Assembly (NCBI GenBank): GCA_013824115.1 | Contig: PNNG01000027.1 | Span: forward strand, 20,425-84,424 | Length of the DNA: 64,000 bases | DNA from: Sphingobacteriaceae bacterium | GTDB taxonomy: Bacteria > Bacteroidota > Bacteroidia > UBA7662 | Direction of reading: 5' to 3' | In this document: piece by piece, positions 28,012 through 37,314 of the stretch | Layout of the letters: every line of letters starts with the position of its first letter | Numbering within the stretch: the first letter of the stretch is position 1 | Notes under the pieces: generated by a model | What the model was told of the DNA's origin: nothing | What the model saw: the letters and a program-made list of their open reading frames with translations, nothing else | Databases searched by the model: none | Made by a program: the position numbers and the translations under genes

Positions 28012-29568
28012 TCACTCCACCACCAACTTCTGCGTCTCCACCTTACCGCCAGCATTCAGTTGTACGAGGTAAGTGCCCGAAGCCAACTGGCTGCTATTGA
28101 AAGGCACCAAATGCTGGCCGGGTTCGAATTTACCGGCACGCAGTTCAGCCACCTCGCGGCCGCGTAAATCAACCACCGAAAGACGGATGTCGGCCGTTTG
28201 GTTGAGCTGGAAACCGATGTTCAGCTCGCCACGGGCTGGGTTGGGATAAATGGGATACAATTTGGTTTGCAGCTTCAAAATGCCGGTTCTGTCCTCGGTG
28301 CTTAAGGCGATGTTTTCATCTCCAGCCTGGTAGGGCACATAACCAAAGTAGCAGAGGTACATTTCATCGGTGGTGCCTTCGCCCCAGGTAATTTGCTGAG
28401 GTGGGTTATTCGGGTTGTTCGGATTGCTGGCCCGGTTGTCGTAGGTGGCCTCGGCATATATCCACGTATTGGCGGGCAGGCGAATGAGGCGGGGGAAATA
28501 GTAAAATCCCTGCCAGTTGAAATCCCACTGCGGAATATTGATGAGGTTCACCGTATCGTTGCCCGGCCGCACGGCATATACTTTCCAATCGGTACCAATG
28601 AGGTGGCTGTGCGGAAAAATGCTGAGCAGCGATACCTCACTGGGTACCCTAAAACGGCCGCGGAAAGTGCGTACTTGATTGGCAGGAATCACAAAGGGAC
28701 CGTTCATCAAATTCAAAGGCGAAATCTCGGTAATTTGCTCCAACCTGGTCACTTGATTATTGCGGTCGTAGAAAATGTTGATGCTGCTCGAGTCGAGTTC
28801 AGGCAGCGACGAAGGAGCGTAGTGCATCTGCACCAGCACGTCGGCACCTGCAGGGAGCTGTTTGCCAATATTCGACGGAAAATACTTGGCAGCCGCACCT
28901 GGCGCCCAGCCGTACCAATTGTCTTCAGTAGGCGTAAAACCAAAGCCAAAAAACTGGGTGTAGCCGTAACCGGGGTCCAAACTATCGCGCTGGCGACCTT
29001 GACCGGTGAGGTCTATGCCCAAAATGGCATGGTGAACTACTTTTTTATTGCCGGCCCTGAATTCAATGGCCTTGATTTTTTTGGTTTCATTGAGGTTTGT
29101 GGGCAATACAAACACCCGGTACATATCGGTATTGTTGCCTTGGTGCAGGTACGATTGGGCCATCGAAATCACCGTATCGGGTTGCCCCAACTGCGAGCCG
29201 CTGGGGTAATTGGGCAGGGGAGGTTCGGCAGCAGGATTGCCCCGTTGGGCGCCTTGTTGCACCCAATCGACAATGGTTTGTACTTCTTGCTGGCTTAACA
29301 CACGCTCACCCAACAAATGGCTGTAGTTGGGGTCGGGCTGCCAAGGCGGCATATAGCGCGTTTGCACCGTAAACGAAATCATGCTCGCATAGGCCGATGC
29401 CTCCTGGTAATTGGTGAAGGGCATGGGGCCAATTTCACCAGGTCGGTGGCAGGGCGTACAATGCTGGTAAACGATGCTGGCTACTTGTCCGGCCCAAGTT
29501 ACCTGAGCTTGTATCTGGGTGAACAGGCCACTAAAAAGCAGTGCACCACAAAGCAGTAATTTCTTCAT
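28012..29568 (-). CDS. Secreted fusion protein: N-terminal mono-haem cytochrome c (CXXCH), PHM/DBH-like copper monooxygenase core, T9SS C-terminal sorting domain
   Basis: Signal peptide; HCTPCH haem motif. Cu-site-like motifs VVHHAILG, HYAP, HSHLIG and TDEMYLCYFGY (compare PHM HHM / HxH / DEMCN). C-terminal ...YPNP...GTYLVQL...KLVVE sorting domain. Confidence 0.55.
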   Translation of the reverse strand: MKKLLLCGALLFSGLFTQIQAQVTWAGQVASIVYQHCTPCHRPGEIGPMPFTNYQEASAYASMISFTVQTRYMPPWQPDPNYSHLLGERVLSQQEVQTIVDWVQQGAQRGNPAAEPPLPNYPSGSQLGQPDTVISMAQSYLHQGNNTDMYRVFVLPTNLNETKKIKAIEFRAGNKKVVHHAILGIDLTGQGRQRDSLDPGYGYTQFFGFGFTPTEDNWYGWAPGAAAKYFPSNIGKQLPAGADVLVQMHYAPSSLPELDSSSINIFYDRNNQVTRLEQITEISPLNLMNGPFVIPANQVRTFRGRFRVPSEVSLLSIFPHSHLIGTDWKVYAVRPGNDTVNLINIPQWDFNWQGFYYFPRLIRLPANTWIYAEATYDNRASNPNNPNNPPQQITWGEGTTDEMYLCYFGYVPYQAGDENIALSTEDRTGILKLQTKLYPIYPNPARGELNIGFQLNQTADIRLSVVDLRGREVAELRAGKFEPGQHLVPFNSSQLASGTYLVQLNAGGKVETQKLVVE

Positions 29569-29594
29569 ACAACGGCTTGAAAATCAAATATAAC

Positions 29595-30092
29595 TTACTG
29601 GGCGCTATTCAGCAAACAACCTACCGCGCGGGTTTCGGTGTAGGGGACTTCCACATTTCGTGAAAGTTTAAGCAATACCTCTTCCAATTCATTGGTGCTA
29701 GCCCTTGCCTTTCGTTTACCGGGGGCGGTGTAATGGTCGTCGATGCGGCCACGGTACTTCATGCGGCCTTTGTTGTCTTTCACCACCACCTCCGGAGTAA
29801 CTTCTACACCATACACTTTGCTGAAGACCAGTTTTTGGTCCATGCGGATTTGCATGGCCAAATCGTGTCGCAACAAAAAGTTAATGGCCGAGGTATCGCT
29901 CGACATCTTGTTAGGAAACACCGCCACCCAACGCACGTCATCGCCAAATTTGGCTTGTAAGTCACGCAATTTGGGGGTGTAGTACTGGCAAACCGGACAG
30001 CTTTCGGATAAGAACACAAAAACCGTGGTTTTTTGCGCCATTGCAGACGAAAAACCCAAAATCAGGAGCCATACGAACAGGTATTTCTTCAT
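29595..30092 (-). CDS. Thioredoxin-fold thiol:disulfide oxidoreductase (TlpA/redoxin-like), secreted
   Basis: Signal peptide plus a CPVC active-site motif. It lies 26 bp upstream of the cytochrome/monooxygenase gene on the same strand. Confidence 0.6.
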   Translation of the reverse strand: MKKYLFVWLLILGFSSAMAQKTTVFVFLSESCPVCQYYTPKLRDLQAKFGDDVRWVAVFPNKMSSDTSAINFLLRHDLAMQIRMDQKLVFSKVYGVEVTPEVVVKDNKGRMKYRGRIDDHYTAPGKRKARASTNELEEVLLKLSRNVEVPYTETRAVGCLLNSAQ

Positions 30093-30178
30093 GGTCGGTA
30101 AGCCGAAGTTAAGGTCTTTGGCAGTTGCTTGTTTGCCAACTTTGCGCTTTTCTCTAAAATTAATGAGCCTTTAATGCC

Positions 30179-30855
30179 TCAGTCGGCTTTCAGCCAAATT
30201 TCGGGATGTTCCCAAGGGCTTTCTATGGCCATTTGAATGGCTTCGGCTACTGCTTTAGGTTCAAGCACTCCAGGGCGTGGGCCTTGCGGTTGTTTGTTGT
30301 TGAAATAGGTATTCACCAATCCCGGATACAGGTTACAAACCGATATGTTGCTGCCTTCCAATTCTGCCTGCAAACTGCCAAACATGCCATCTTGCGCAAA
30401 TTTGGTAGCGCAATAGGCTGTTCCTCCTGCAAAGGTGCGGCGTCCGGCTTTACAAAAACGCCGGCGTTTTGGGCCTTGAAATGGGGGAGGACGGATTGGG
30501 TGAGTGCAAAGCCGGCAAAAACATTCAGCTGAAATAGCTCCATCATTTCCTTGACCGAAATGTTTTCCATTGGCCCAAATTTGCCCATGCCTGCGTTGTT
30601 CACCAGCACATCTATGCGTTCGAAATGGGCCACAATCTGTTTAATGACGGAGGAAAGATTTTCGGATTGGGTCAGGTCGACTTCTAGAATGAGGTACTGG
30701 CCTTGGGCTAATCCAGCATCTTTCACCAACTGCTGCATCTCACTGCCATTTCGGGCCAGCAAGGCCAATCGATAGCCCTTGGCACCCAACAAACGTACTG
30801 TGGCTGCACCAATGCCTCGGGAAGCACCACTAACAACAACTACTTCCGGTCTCAT
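30179..30855 (-). pseudogene. Short-chain dehydrogenase/reductase (SDR) gene disrupted by a frameshift
   Basis: The N-terminal ORF has GASRGIG and NNAG. The catalytic ...AGRRTFAGGTAYCATKFAQDGMFGSLQAE (YxxxK) is readable only in a different frame across ~30395-30410. The C-terminus resumes in the 30179-30385 ORF. Confidence 0.5.
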
Positions 30856-31331
30856 AGGCTAATTCCCCAACTGCTTGCGGTACTATTCACGTTTACCAAA
30901 ACGCCCGGTATACCCACGGCTGCAGCCGCTTCGATGTCGCGCTCGCGGTCACCCACCATCAGGCTTTGCTTGGGGTCGATGTGAAAGCGCGCCACGGCCT
31001 TTTCGAAGAACAACGAACCAGGCTTACGGCAAAGGCATTTTCCTTGGTCGGGATGGTGCCTGCAGAAATAAATTTCGGCAAATTCAACACCGGCCTCAGC
31101 GAAAATATTACGCATTTTCGACTCAATATGCGCATAAGTTTCGAGACTATACAGGCTCTTGCTGATGCCTGCCTGGTTGGTTACCACTACCAGCAAATAG
31201 CCTTTGGCGGTGGCTTCTTGCAAAAAGGAAATGATGCCAGGCAACAATTCAAAATCTTCGGGCGATGTGGTATAGTCGCCCGGGTCGTGGTTAATCACCC
31301 CATCGCGGTCGAGGAAAAGGGCTTTGTTCAT
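30852..31331 (-). CDS. gmhB: HAD-IIIA family D,D-heptose 1,7-bisphosphate phosphatase (GmhB-like)
   Basis: DRDGVIN motif I, and a Zn-binding CRHHPDQGKCLCRKP insertion characteristic of GmhB/histidinol-phosphatase-like HAD enzymes. Confidence 0.7.
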   Translation of the reverse strand: MNKALFLDRDGVINHDPGDYTTSPEDFELLPGIISFLQEATAKGYLLVVVTNQAGISKSLYSLETYAHIESKMRNIFAEAGVEFAEIYFCRHHPDQGKCLCRKPGSLFFEKAVARFHIDPKQSLMVGDRERDIEAAAAVGIPGVLVNVNSTASSWGISL

Positions 31332-31365
31332 GCCACAATGTTAGGCACAAATGGTATTTTTGCGC

Positions 31366-32889
31366 ATGCAAAAAATCATCATCCTCGATTTTGGTTCGCA
31401 GTACACCCAACTCATCGCCCGACGCGTGCGTGAACAGCGGGTTTACTGCGAAATTCATCCCTTCAATAAAATTCCGGCCATTGGCAACGACGTAAAAGGT
31501 ATCATCCTTTCAGGTAGCCCCTTTAGTACACACGATGCCCAATCGCCCAACCCCAACCTCGAGGATTTGCTGCAGCGCCTGCCCGTTTTGGGCGTATGTT
31601 ATGGTGCACAATTGCTCACCAAACAGCATGGAGGCCGCGTAATGCCCAGCCAAATCCGCGAATACGGCAGGGCCAATCTTAGCACAGTGCACAACGATCC
31701 GCTCTTGAAAGGCATTTCAGCCGGCAGTCAGGTATGGATGTCACACGGCGATACCATAGAAGTACTGCCTGCGGGTGCCGCATTGCTTGCTAGTACCTCA
31801 GCAGTGACCAATGCCGCCTTCCGTTTTACCGATAAGCCGGTTTACGGCATTCAATTTCACCCCGAGGTAACACACAGTATCGACGGCAAAACCCTTATCC
31901 GCAATTTCCTCATCGATATTTGTGGGTGTGCAGCCGATTGGACGCCCGAAAGCTTCGTGGAAAGCACCGTGGCTGCCCTCAAAGCACAGCTGGGCAACGA
32001 CCAGGTGGTAATGGGCCTCAGCGGCGGGGTCGATAGCACTGTGGCTGCCGTGCTCATCAGCAAGGCCATTGGCACCAACCTGCACTGCATTTTTGTAGAC
32101 AATGGTTTGTTGCGCAAAAACGAGTTCGCCAAGGTCATCGATATCTACAAAGACCTGCACCTGAATGTAACCGGTGTAGATGCCCGCGATCATTTTTACG
32201 ACGCCCTCAAAGGCTTGTCGGAACCAGAAGCCAAGCGCAAGGCCATTGGTCGTGTGTTTATTGAGGTGTTCGACCGCGAGGCGCACCGCATTGAGAATGT
32301 AAGTTGGTTGGGTCAGGGTACCATTTATCCCGATGTGATTGAATCGGTTTCGGTGAAAGGCCCTTCGGTAACCATCAAATCGCACCACAACGTGGGTGGA
32401 TTGCCCGATAAAATGAAACTCAAGCTCGTGGAGCCGCTCAACACCCTCTTCAAAGACGAAGTACGCGAAGTAGGCAGGGCTTTGGGCATTCCAGAAGATA
32501 TTTTGGGTCGCCATCCGTTCCCGGGTCCTGGCTTAGGCATTCGCATTTTGGGTGAAATCACCCCCGAAAAGGTGCGCATGTTGCAAGAGGCCGACGACAT
32601 CTTCATTGAAAACTTGCGCGAAGCCGGTTTGTACAACCAGGTTTGGCAGGCAGGTACCATGTTTTTGCCCATCCAAAGTGTGGGCGTTATGGGCGATGAA
32701 CGCACCTACGAGCACGTGGTAGCCTTGCGTGCAGTGGAAAGTTTGGATGGTATGACGGCCGATTGGTGCCACTTACCGTACCCTTTCCTTGCCAAAGTGT
32801 CGAATGAAATCATCAACAAAGTCAAAGGAATAAACCGCGTAGTATATGACATCAGCTCCAAACCGCCTGCAACCATTGAGTGGGAATAA
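31366..32889 (+). CDS. guaA: GMP synthase (glutamine-hydrolysing)
   Basis: [23 protein letters not shown]... is the class I glutamine amidotransferase start. Followed by the ATP-pyrophosphatase SGGVDS motif and a C-terminal dimerisation domain ending ...IEWE. Confidence 0.95.
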   Translation: MQKIIILDFGSQYTQLIARRVREQRVYCEIHPFNKIPAIGNDVKGIILSGSPFSTHDAQSPNPNLEDLLQRLPVLGVCYGAQLLTKQHGGRVMPSQIREYGRANLSTVHNDPLLKGISAGSQVWMSHGDTIEVLPAGAALLASTSAVTNAAFRFTDKPVYGIQFHPEVTHSIDGKTLIRNFLIDICGCAADWTPESFVESTVAALKAQLGNDQVVMGLSGGVDSTVAAVLISKAIGTNLHCIFVDNGLLRKNEFAKVIDIYKDLHLNVTGVDARDHFYDALKGLSEPEAKRKAIGRVFIEVFDREAHRIENVSWLGQGTIYPDVIESVSVKGPSVTIKSHHNVGGLPDKMKLKLVEPLNTLFKDEVREVGRALGIPEDILGRHPFPGPGLGIRILGEITPEKVRMLQEADDIFIENLREAGLYNQVWQAGTMFLPIQSVGVMGDERTYEHVVALRAVESLDGMTADWCHLPYPFLAKVSNEIINKVKGINRVVYDISSKPPATIEWE

Positions 32890-33013
32890 GCGTTTGTTGC
32901 TCTTGGTGCTGGCTTTGATGCTGGTAGCAGGAGCTTGCAAATCGAAAAAACAAGCTGCCCAACCGCACGTACCACCTACTACCGATCCATCGATGCACGA
33001 ACGTGCCCAATAA
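32876..33013 (+). CDS. Putative small lipoprotein (~45 aa), absent from the ORF track; TTG start overlapping the guaA stop
   Basis: Frame encodes (M)[44 protein letters not shown]. Lipobox-like VAGAC after a hydrophobic stretch. An intrinsic terminator follows immediately. Confidence 0.3.
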   Translation: MSGNKRLLLLVLALMLVAGACKSKKQAAQPHVPPTTDPSMHERAQ

Positions 33014-33018
33014 TCACG

Positions 33019-33046
33019 AAGCCGGGGAAAACCTCCGGCTTTTTAT
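33019..33046 (+). terminator. Rho-independent terminator after guaA / small lipoprotein ORF
   Basis: AGCCGG-GGAAAACCT-CCGGCT followed by TTTTTATTT. Confidence 0.5.
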
Positions 33047-33057
33047 TTAAAAAACAT

Positions 33058-34248
33058 ATGATAGCAGCCATTCGCATGAGTCAGGCCGTACAGGCGCTCG
33101 CCAAATACCCAACAGGAAAAGAACTTTCTGTTTTTTTGAAGGGATACTTCAAGCAGTTTCCCAAGATGGGCAGCCGCGATCGCCGCGAGGTAAGCCAGCT
33201 GGTTTATGGTGCTTTGCGCGTGAAAAATCTCTTTCCTTCAGCCAATACCGAACAGCGCATTTGGCTGGGTAGCTTGCTTTGCGAAGCCGAAACCAGTCCA
33301 TTTGCTACTCATTGGACACCTCATTTCACCCAAACCGACTGGCCTGGATCGCTTGATTTTGAACAAAAGTTGGCCTGGTTGAAAGAAAAAGGGTTTTCGG
33401 CTCAATGGGAAGGCTTTTTTCCCCATGCCGAGGCTATTAGCAGCGCGGTTGAATTGCAGTCGTTCTATGCAGCACACCTGGCAACACCGCTCACCTGGAT
33501 TCGTGTTCGCCAGAAGCACCTGCAGGCAACCATCAAGGAGCTCGAGCAAAAGGGACTCGCCTACGAGCAACACCCCGCACTACCCACGGCTTTGGCTTTG
33601 AAGGCCGGTGTGAAGCTCGACGCTTTGCAATGTTGGGCCCAGGGTTGGATTGAAGTACAGGATTTGGCCTCACAAATGACTGGCAGCCTCTTCCAACCCA
33701 AAGCAAACGAACGCTGGCTCGATGCCTGTGCGGGTGCGGGAGGAAAAAGTTTGCTGCTGCTTGATCTGCAACCCGATGCCAGTTTGTTTGTGACCGATGT
33801 ACGTGACGAAATTTTACAACGTTTACACGAGCGTTTCAAGCGTGCTGGCATTCGTTCTTATAGCCGGGCGGTGGTTGACCTCACACGCCCAGGCGTCCTG
33901 CAAGAAGCGGGCAGTTTCCCCAAACAATTCGATGCCATCATTGCCGATGTGCCCTGCTCGGGCTCAGGCACCTGGGCCAGTAGTCCCGAAATGCTCGAAA
34001 GCCAACGCCAACTCGATATTTCGAGCTTCACCGAACGTCAATATCAAATTGCAGCCAATTTGCTGCCCTCTGTCAAGTCGGGTGGAAGGTTGATTTACCT
34101 CACTTGCTCGGTTTACGCGGCCGAAAACGAAGAAGTGATAAGCCGCTTACTCAAGCATGATTCGCTAGAACTCGGACAGCAACAATACTTCCAATATTCA
34201 GAAGAGGGAGGTGATATACTGTTCGGTGCTGTGCTACTGAAACGTTGA
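33058..34248 (+). CDS. RsmB/Sun-family 16S rRNA m5C methyltransferase (Fmu-like)
   Basis: C-terminal SAM-MTase motifs DACAGAGGKS, DVRDE, FDAIIADVPCSGSGTW and LIYLTCSV. Probable start at Met 33058. Confidence 0.8.
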   Translation: MIAAIRMSQAVQALAKYPTGKELSVFLKGYFKQFPKMGSRDRREVSQLVYGALRVKNLFPSANTEQRIWLGSLLCEAETSPFATHWTPHFTQTDWPGSLDFEQKLAWLKEKGFSAQWEGFFPHAEAISSAVELQSFYAAHLATPLTWIRVRQKHLQATIKELEQKGLAYEQHPALPTALALKAGVKLDALQCWAQGWIEVQDLASQMTGSLFQPKANERWLDACAGAGGKSLLLLDLQPDASLFVTDVRDEILQRLHERFKRAGIRSYSRAVVDLTRPGVLQEAGSFPKQFDAIIADVPCSGSGTWASSPEMLESQRQLDISSFTERQYQIAANLLPSVKSGGRLIYLTCSVYAAENEEVISRLLKHDSLELGQQQYFQYSEEGGDILFGAVLLKR

Positions 34249-34251
34249 TAA

Positions 34252-35493
34252 TCAGGCGTACTGCTGCGATTTCTTCAAGGCATGCTCCAAGTCGGCCAAT
34301 AAGTCCGATTCGTGTTCAATGCCAATGGATAGCCGAACCAGGTTGTCGTGAATGCCGTAATGTGCCCGTACATTTTCGGGTACATTGCTGTGGGTGGTGG
34401 TAGCAGGATGGGTGGCCAGGCTTTCGGTGCCTCCCAAACTTACTGCCAAACGGACCAGCTTGAGCGCGTTCAAAAAGCGGAAGGCTGCTTCTTGCCCACC
34501 GCGAATTTCAATACCTATAGTAGCACCCGAACCGCTGCACTGCTTTTGATAAATATCGGTTTGGCGCTTGTAACCCGGATAGTGGATGGTTTCAACCGCA
34601 TGTTGCTTTTCAAAAAAGCCTAGCAAAGCCCGGGCATTGGCTTCGGCTGCACGCATGCGTAGTTCCAGCGTTTCGAGGCTGCGGGTGAGGAGCCAAGCGG
34701 TATGTGGACCGGCCATATTACCGAGGCTGTTGCGTACTTTTTTGATTTTTTGAAGGATGCTTTTGCTTCCCAAAGCGGCGCCGGCAAGTAAATCGCTGTG
34801 GCCGCCTATGTATTTGGTGCAGCTGTATACCACCACATCGGCTCCATGCTTCAAGGGTTGCTGAAAAATGGGACCCAAATAGGTGTTGTCGGCCACGACT
34901 ACTGCCGCGCCGCCTTGCGAGTGGATGTGGTTGCGGACCTGCTGCACTACTTCAAAATCGATGAGTGTATTGAGTGGATTGGAAGGTGTTTCCACATACA
35001 CCATGGCCATGCGTTCGTATTCGCCGTTTTTATCAAGGCGGTCGGCGATTTGTTCGAATGTTTCACCCGGACCAAATCCCATTAGCCGAACACCCCAATG
35101 GGCCAACATATCTCGGAAAAAGTGGTCGGTACCGCCATACAAGGGCTCAGTGTGCACAATGATGTCGCCGGGTTGCAGTAAAGCCAGGCAAGTGGCGCTG
35201 ATGGCTGCCATGCCACTTTCGAATAGCAAGCCCATTTCAGCTCCATCGTAAATGGTCAGTCTGTTTTCTGCCAATTGCAGATTGGGCGTATTTAAACGGC
35301 TGTATATGAATCCGCCAACACCTGGTTCTGGTGCTCGTTTGCCTTGTGAAATTTCAAAAAAGGCAGCTGCTTGTTCAGCCGACTCAAAAGTATAAGTAGA
35401 AGTATGGTGAAGGGGCATTTTTACCGCGCCATTGTAGTCGGCCGGATTGTAAAAACCATCAATAATGCCCGTTTGGGGATGTACATTTTCCAT
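34252..35493 (-). CDS. PLP-dependent Cys/Met metabolism enzyme (methionine gamma-lyase / cystathionine gamma-synthase family)
   Basis: PLP-lysine motif SCTKYIGGHSDLLAGA; 413 aa, fold-type I trans-sulfuration family. Confidence 0.85.
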   Translation of the reverse strand: MENVHPQTGIIDGFYNPADYNGAVKMPLHHTSTYTFESAEQAAAFFEISQGKRAPEPGVGGFIYSRLNTPNLQLAENRLTIYDGAEMGLLFESGMAAISATCLALLQPGDIIVHTEPLYGGTDHFFRDMLAHWGVRLMGFGPGETFEQIADRLDKNGEYERMAMVYVETPSNPLNTLIDFEVVQQVRNHIHSQGGAAVVVADNTYLGPIFQQPLKHGADVVVYSCTKYIGGHSDLLAGAALGSKSILQKIKKVRNSLGNMAGPHTAWLLTRSLETLELRMRAAEANARALLGFFEKQHAVETIHYPGYKRQTDIYQKQCSGSGATIGIEIRGGQEAAFRFLNALKLVRLAVSLGGTESLATHPATTTHSNVPENVRAHYGIHDNLVRLSIGIEHESDLLADLEHALKKSQQYA

Positions 35494-35546
35494 AGCCCCA
35501 AGTTAGATGTTTTAAAAACACGGAGGGCACGGAGCACACGGAGAAT

Positions 35547-36035
35547 CTATGGCTTTTCGGTCCTTATTTTATCGAGCAAGTGGCTCAAATGACGCGCTTC
35601 TTCTGGGGTGAGATTGCCCAACTGATTATCCATTTCTTTGTCGAACACGCTCATTTGTTTCAACAAGCCATGCCCTTTTTCAGAAAGCAATACGTCAACC
35701 AGGCGCTTATCGTTCGGACAGGGTGTTTTTGTAACGAGCTCTTTGAGAACGAGGCGGTCGACCATGCGGCTCACATCCGACATTTTGTCGAGCATGCGGC
35801 TGCGGATTTCTAAGGTAGAGATGGGCTCAGGATAACTTCCTTTTAAAATCCTTAAAACATTGTATTGTTGGTGTGTAATGTCGTAAGGTTCGAGCATCTG
35901 TTTAAATCCTTCAGTCATCCAGTTACAGGTATAGATGATGTTCACGGCTGCCATTTGGTAGTCGTTGCGGAAGTCGCGGACCTGCTTGATATCTTCTTTG
36001 ATGCCCATAATGCAAAAATAGCTACCCAGAAACAT
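35547..36035 (-). CDS. MarR-family transcriptional regulator
   Basis: Winged-helix region QQYNVLRILKGSYPEPISTLEIRSRMLDKMSDVSRMVDRLVLKELV. Confidence 0.85.
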   Translation of the reverse strand: MFLGSYFCIMGIKEDIKQVRDFRNDYQMAAVNIIYTCNWMTEGFKQMLEPYDITHQQYNVLRILKGSYPEPISTLEIRSRMLDKMSDVSRMVDRLVLKELVTKTPCPNDKRLVDVLLSEKGHGLLKQMSVFDKEMDNQLGNLTPEEARHLSHLLDKIRTEKP

Positions 36036-36072
36036 AAATGCTTCCGGGTAGCTGGTTATTTGATTGGCTGAA

Positions 36073-36690
36073 TTAGCCCTTTTTTACCATTTGGATGTTG
36101 CAGAGGATTTCTACTTCATCGCCTACTACAGCGCCACCGGCTTCGGTCACGGCGCTCCACTTCAAACCATAATCAAAACGCTTGATTTTGCCTTTGGCTT
36201 TGAAGCCAGCCTTTACGTTGCCATAAGGATCTTTTACGGTTCCGCCATAGGTAACTTCGAGGGTAACTGGCTTGGTCACGTCGCGGATGGTGAGGTTACC
36301 TTTTAATTCGTACTTGTTGCCAGAAACCTTCTTGAAAGAAGTGCTGGTGAAGTTCATTTTGGCGAATTTTTCAGCATTGAAGAAATCGTCGCTCTTCAAG
36401 TGGCCGTCACGCATTTCGTTGTCGGTATTGATGGTGGCAACATCTACGCTGAAGTTGATTTTAGCGTCGCTGAAATCTTCTTTGGTAGCGGTCATGCTGC
36501 CATCGAATAATTTGAAGGTGCCATCTACTTCTGAAATCACCAAGTGCGTTACGGTGAATTTCACGTTTGAGTGAACCGCATCAACGCCCCAAGTGCCGGC
36601 ATTGCTGGGCTTCGGATTGTTGGTTGCAGGTTTGAAAGAGAAGAGCACAGCAGCTACTGCCAATACTCCGAGTGTAAATACTTTTTTCAT
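36073..36690 (-). CDS. YceI-family periplasmic polyisoprenoid-binding protein
   Basis: Signal peptide, then WGVDAVHSNVKFTVTHLVISEVDGTF... which is the YceI beta-barrel signature. Co-oriented downstream of marR. Confidence 0.8.
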   Translation of the reverse strand: MKKVFTLGVLAVAAVLFSFKPATNNPKPSNAGTWGVDAVHSNVKFTVTHLVISEVDGTFKLFDGSMTATKEDFSDAKINFSVDVATINTDNEMRDGHLKSDDFFNAEKFAKMNFTSTSFKKVSGNKYELKGNLTIRDVTKPVTLEVTYGGTVKDPYGNVKAGFKAKGKIKRFDYGLKWSAVTEAGGAVVGDEVEILCNIQMVKKG

Positions 36691-36817
36691 GAGGATGATT
36701 TTGTTAATGCAAACATAGTGGTTAAACATTGAAGTTCAAACATTGAAATGAAAATTCACAATTTTTTAATTTTTAAGCTTTTTGTTAAACCGAAGGAGGA
36801 TAAATTGATGCCTTGCG

Positions 36818-37294
36818 TTAGAAGTTCGCTGAGTGCCCTTTGTAGTTTCTCAGGTAAACCAGCAAGCGCGCTTCGGCGCACACTTCTCCAGATGTATTAA
36901 AGGCCTGTGCAGTCATCCACTTTTGAAAGCGGCCTTCTTTGGCCAAGGCCAATTCTGCCTCTTCTATCGATGCGTTGTCGATTTCGAAACGGATGCGCAG
37001 ACGGGTGGAGGCAGGTTTTTTATAGTCAATTTCAGCGCTTTTAAGCCAGGCTTCAAGCTTTTGGCCGCGCCAGGCGAAAATCTGCCAAAACAAAATGGCG
37101 AAAAAAGGGTCGAAAGCACTGAAAATGGTGCCTCCAAAAATGGTACGTTGCAAATTGCGGTTGAGCAGCGAGGGCTTTACGCTGACTTCACACCACCGAA
37201 AATCAGTTGCAACCTCTCGCAACCATACCCTGCTGAACAAAAGTGCCGGGAAGATGCGGAGCATCCATTTGACTTGCCACGATTTGAGTTTCAT
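36818..37294 (-). CDS. Hypothetical hotdog-fold / DUF4442-like protein
   Basis: 158 aa, no catalytic motifs recognised; weak resemblance to PaaI/YiiD-C-like thioesterase folds. Confidence 0.35.
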   Translation of the reverse strand: MKLKSWQVKWMLRIFPALLFSRVWLREVATDFRWCEVSVKPSLLNRNLQRTIFGGTIFSAFDPFFAILFWQIFAWRGQKLEAWLKSAEIDYKKPASTRLRIRFEIDNASIEEAELALAKEGRFQKWMTAQAFNTSGEVCAEARLLVYLRNYKGHSANF

Positions 37295-37314
37295 GTCGCA
37301 AAGGTAGCTAATCT

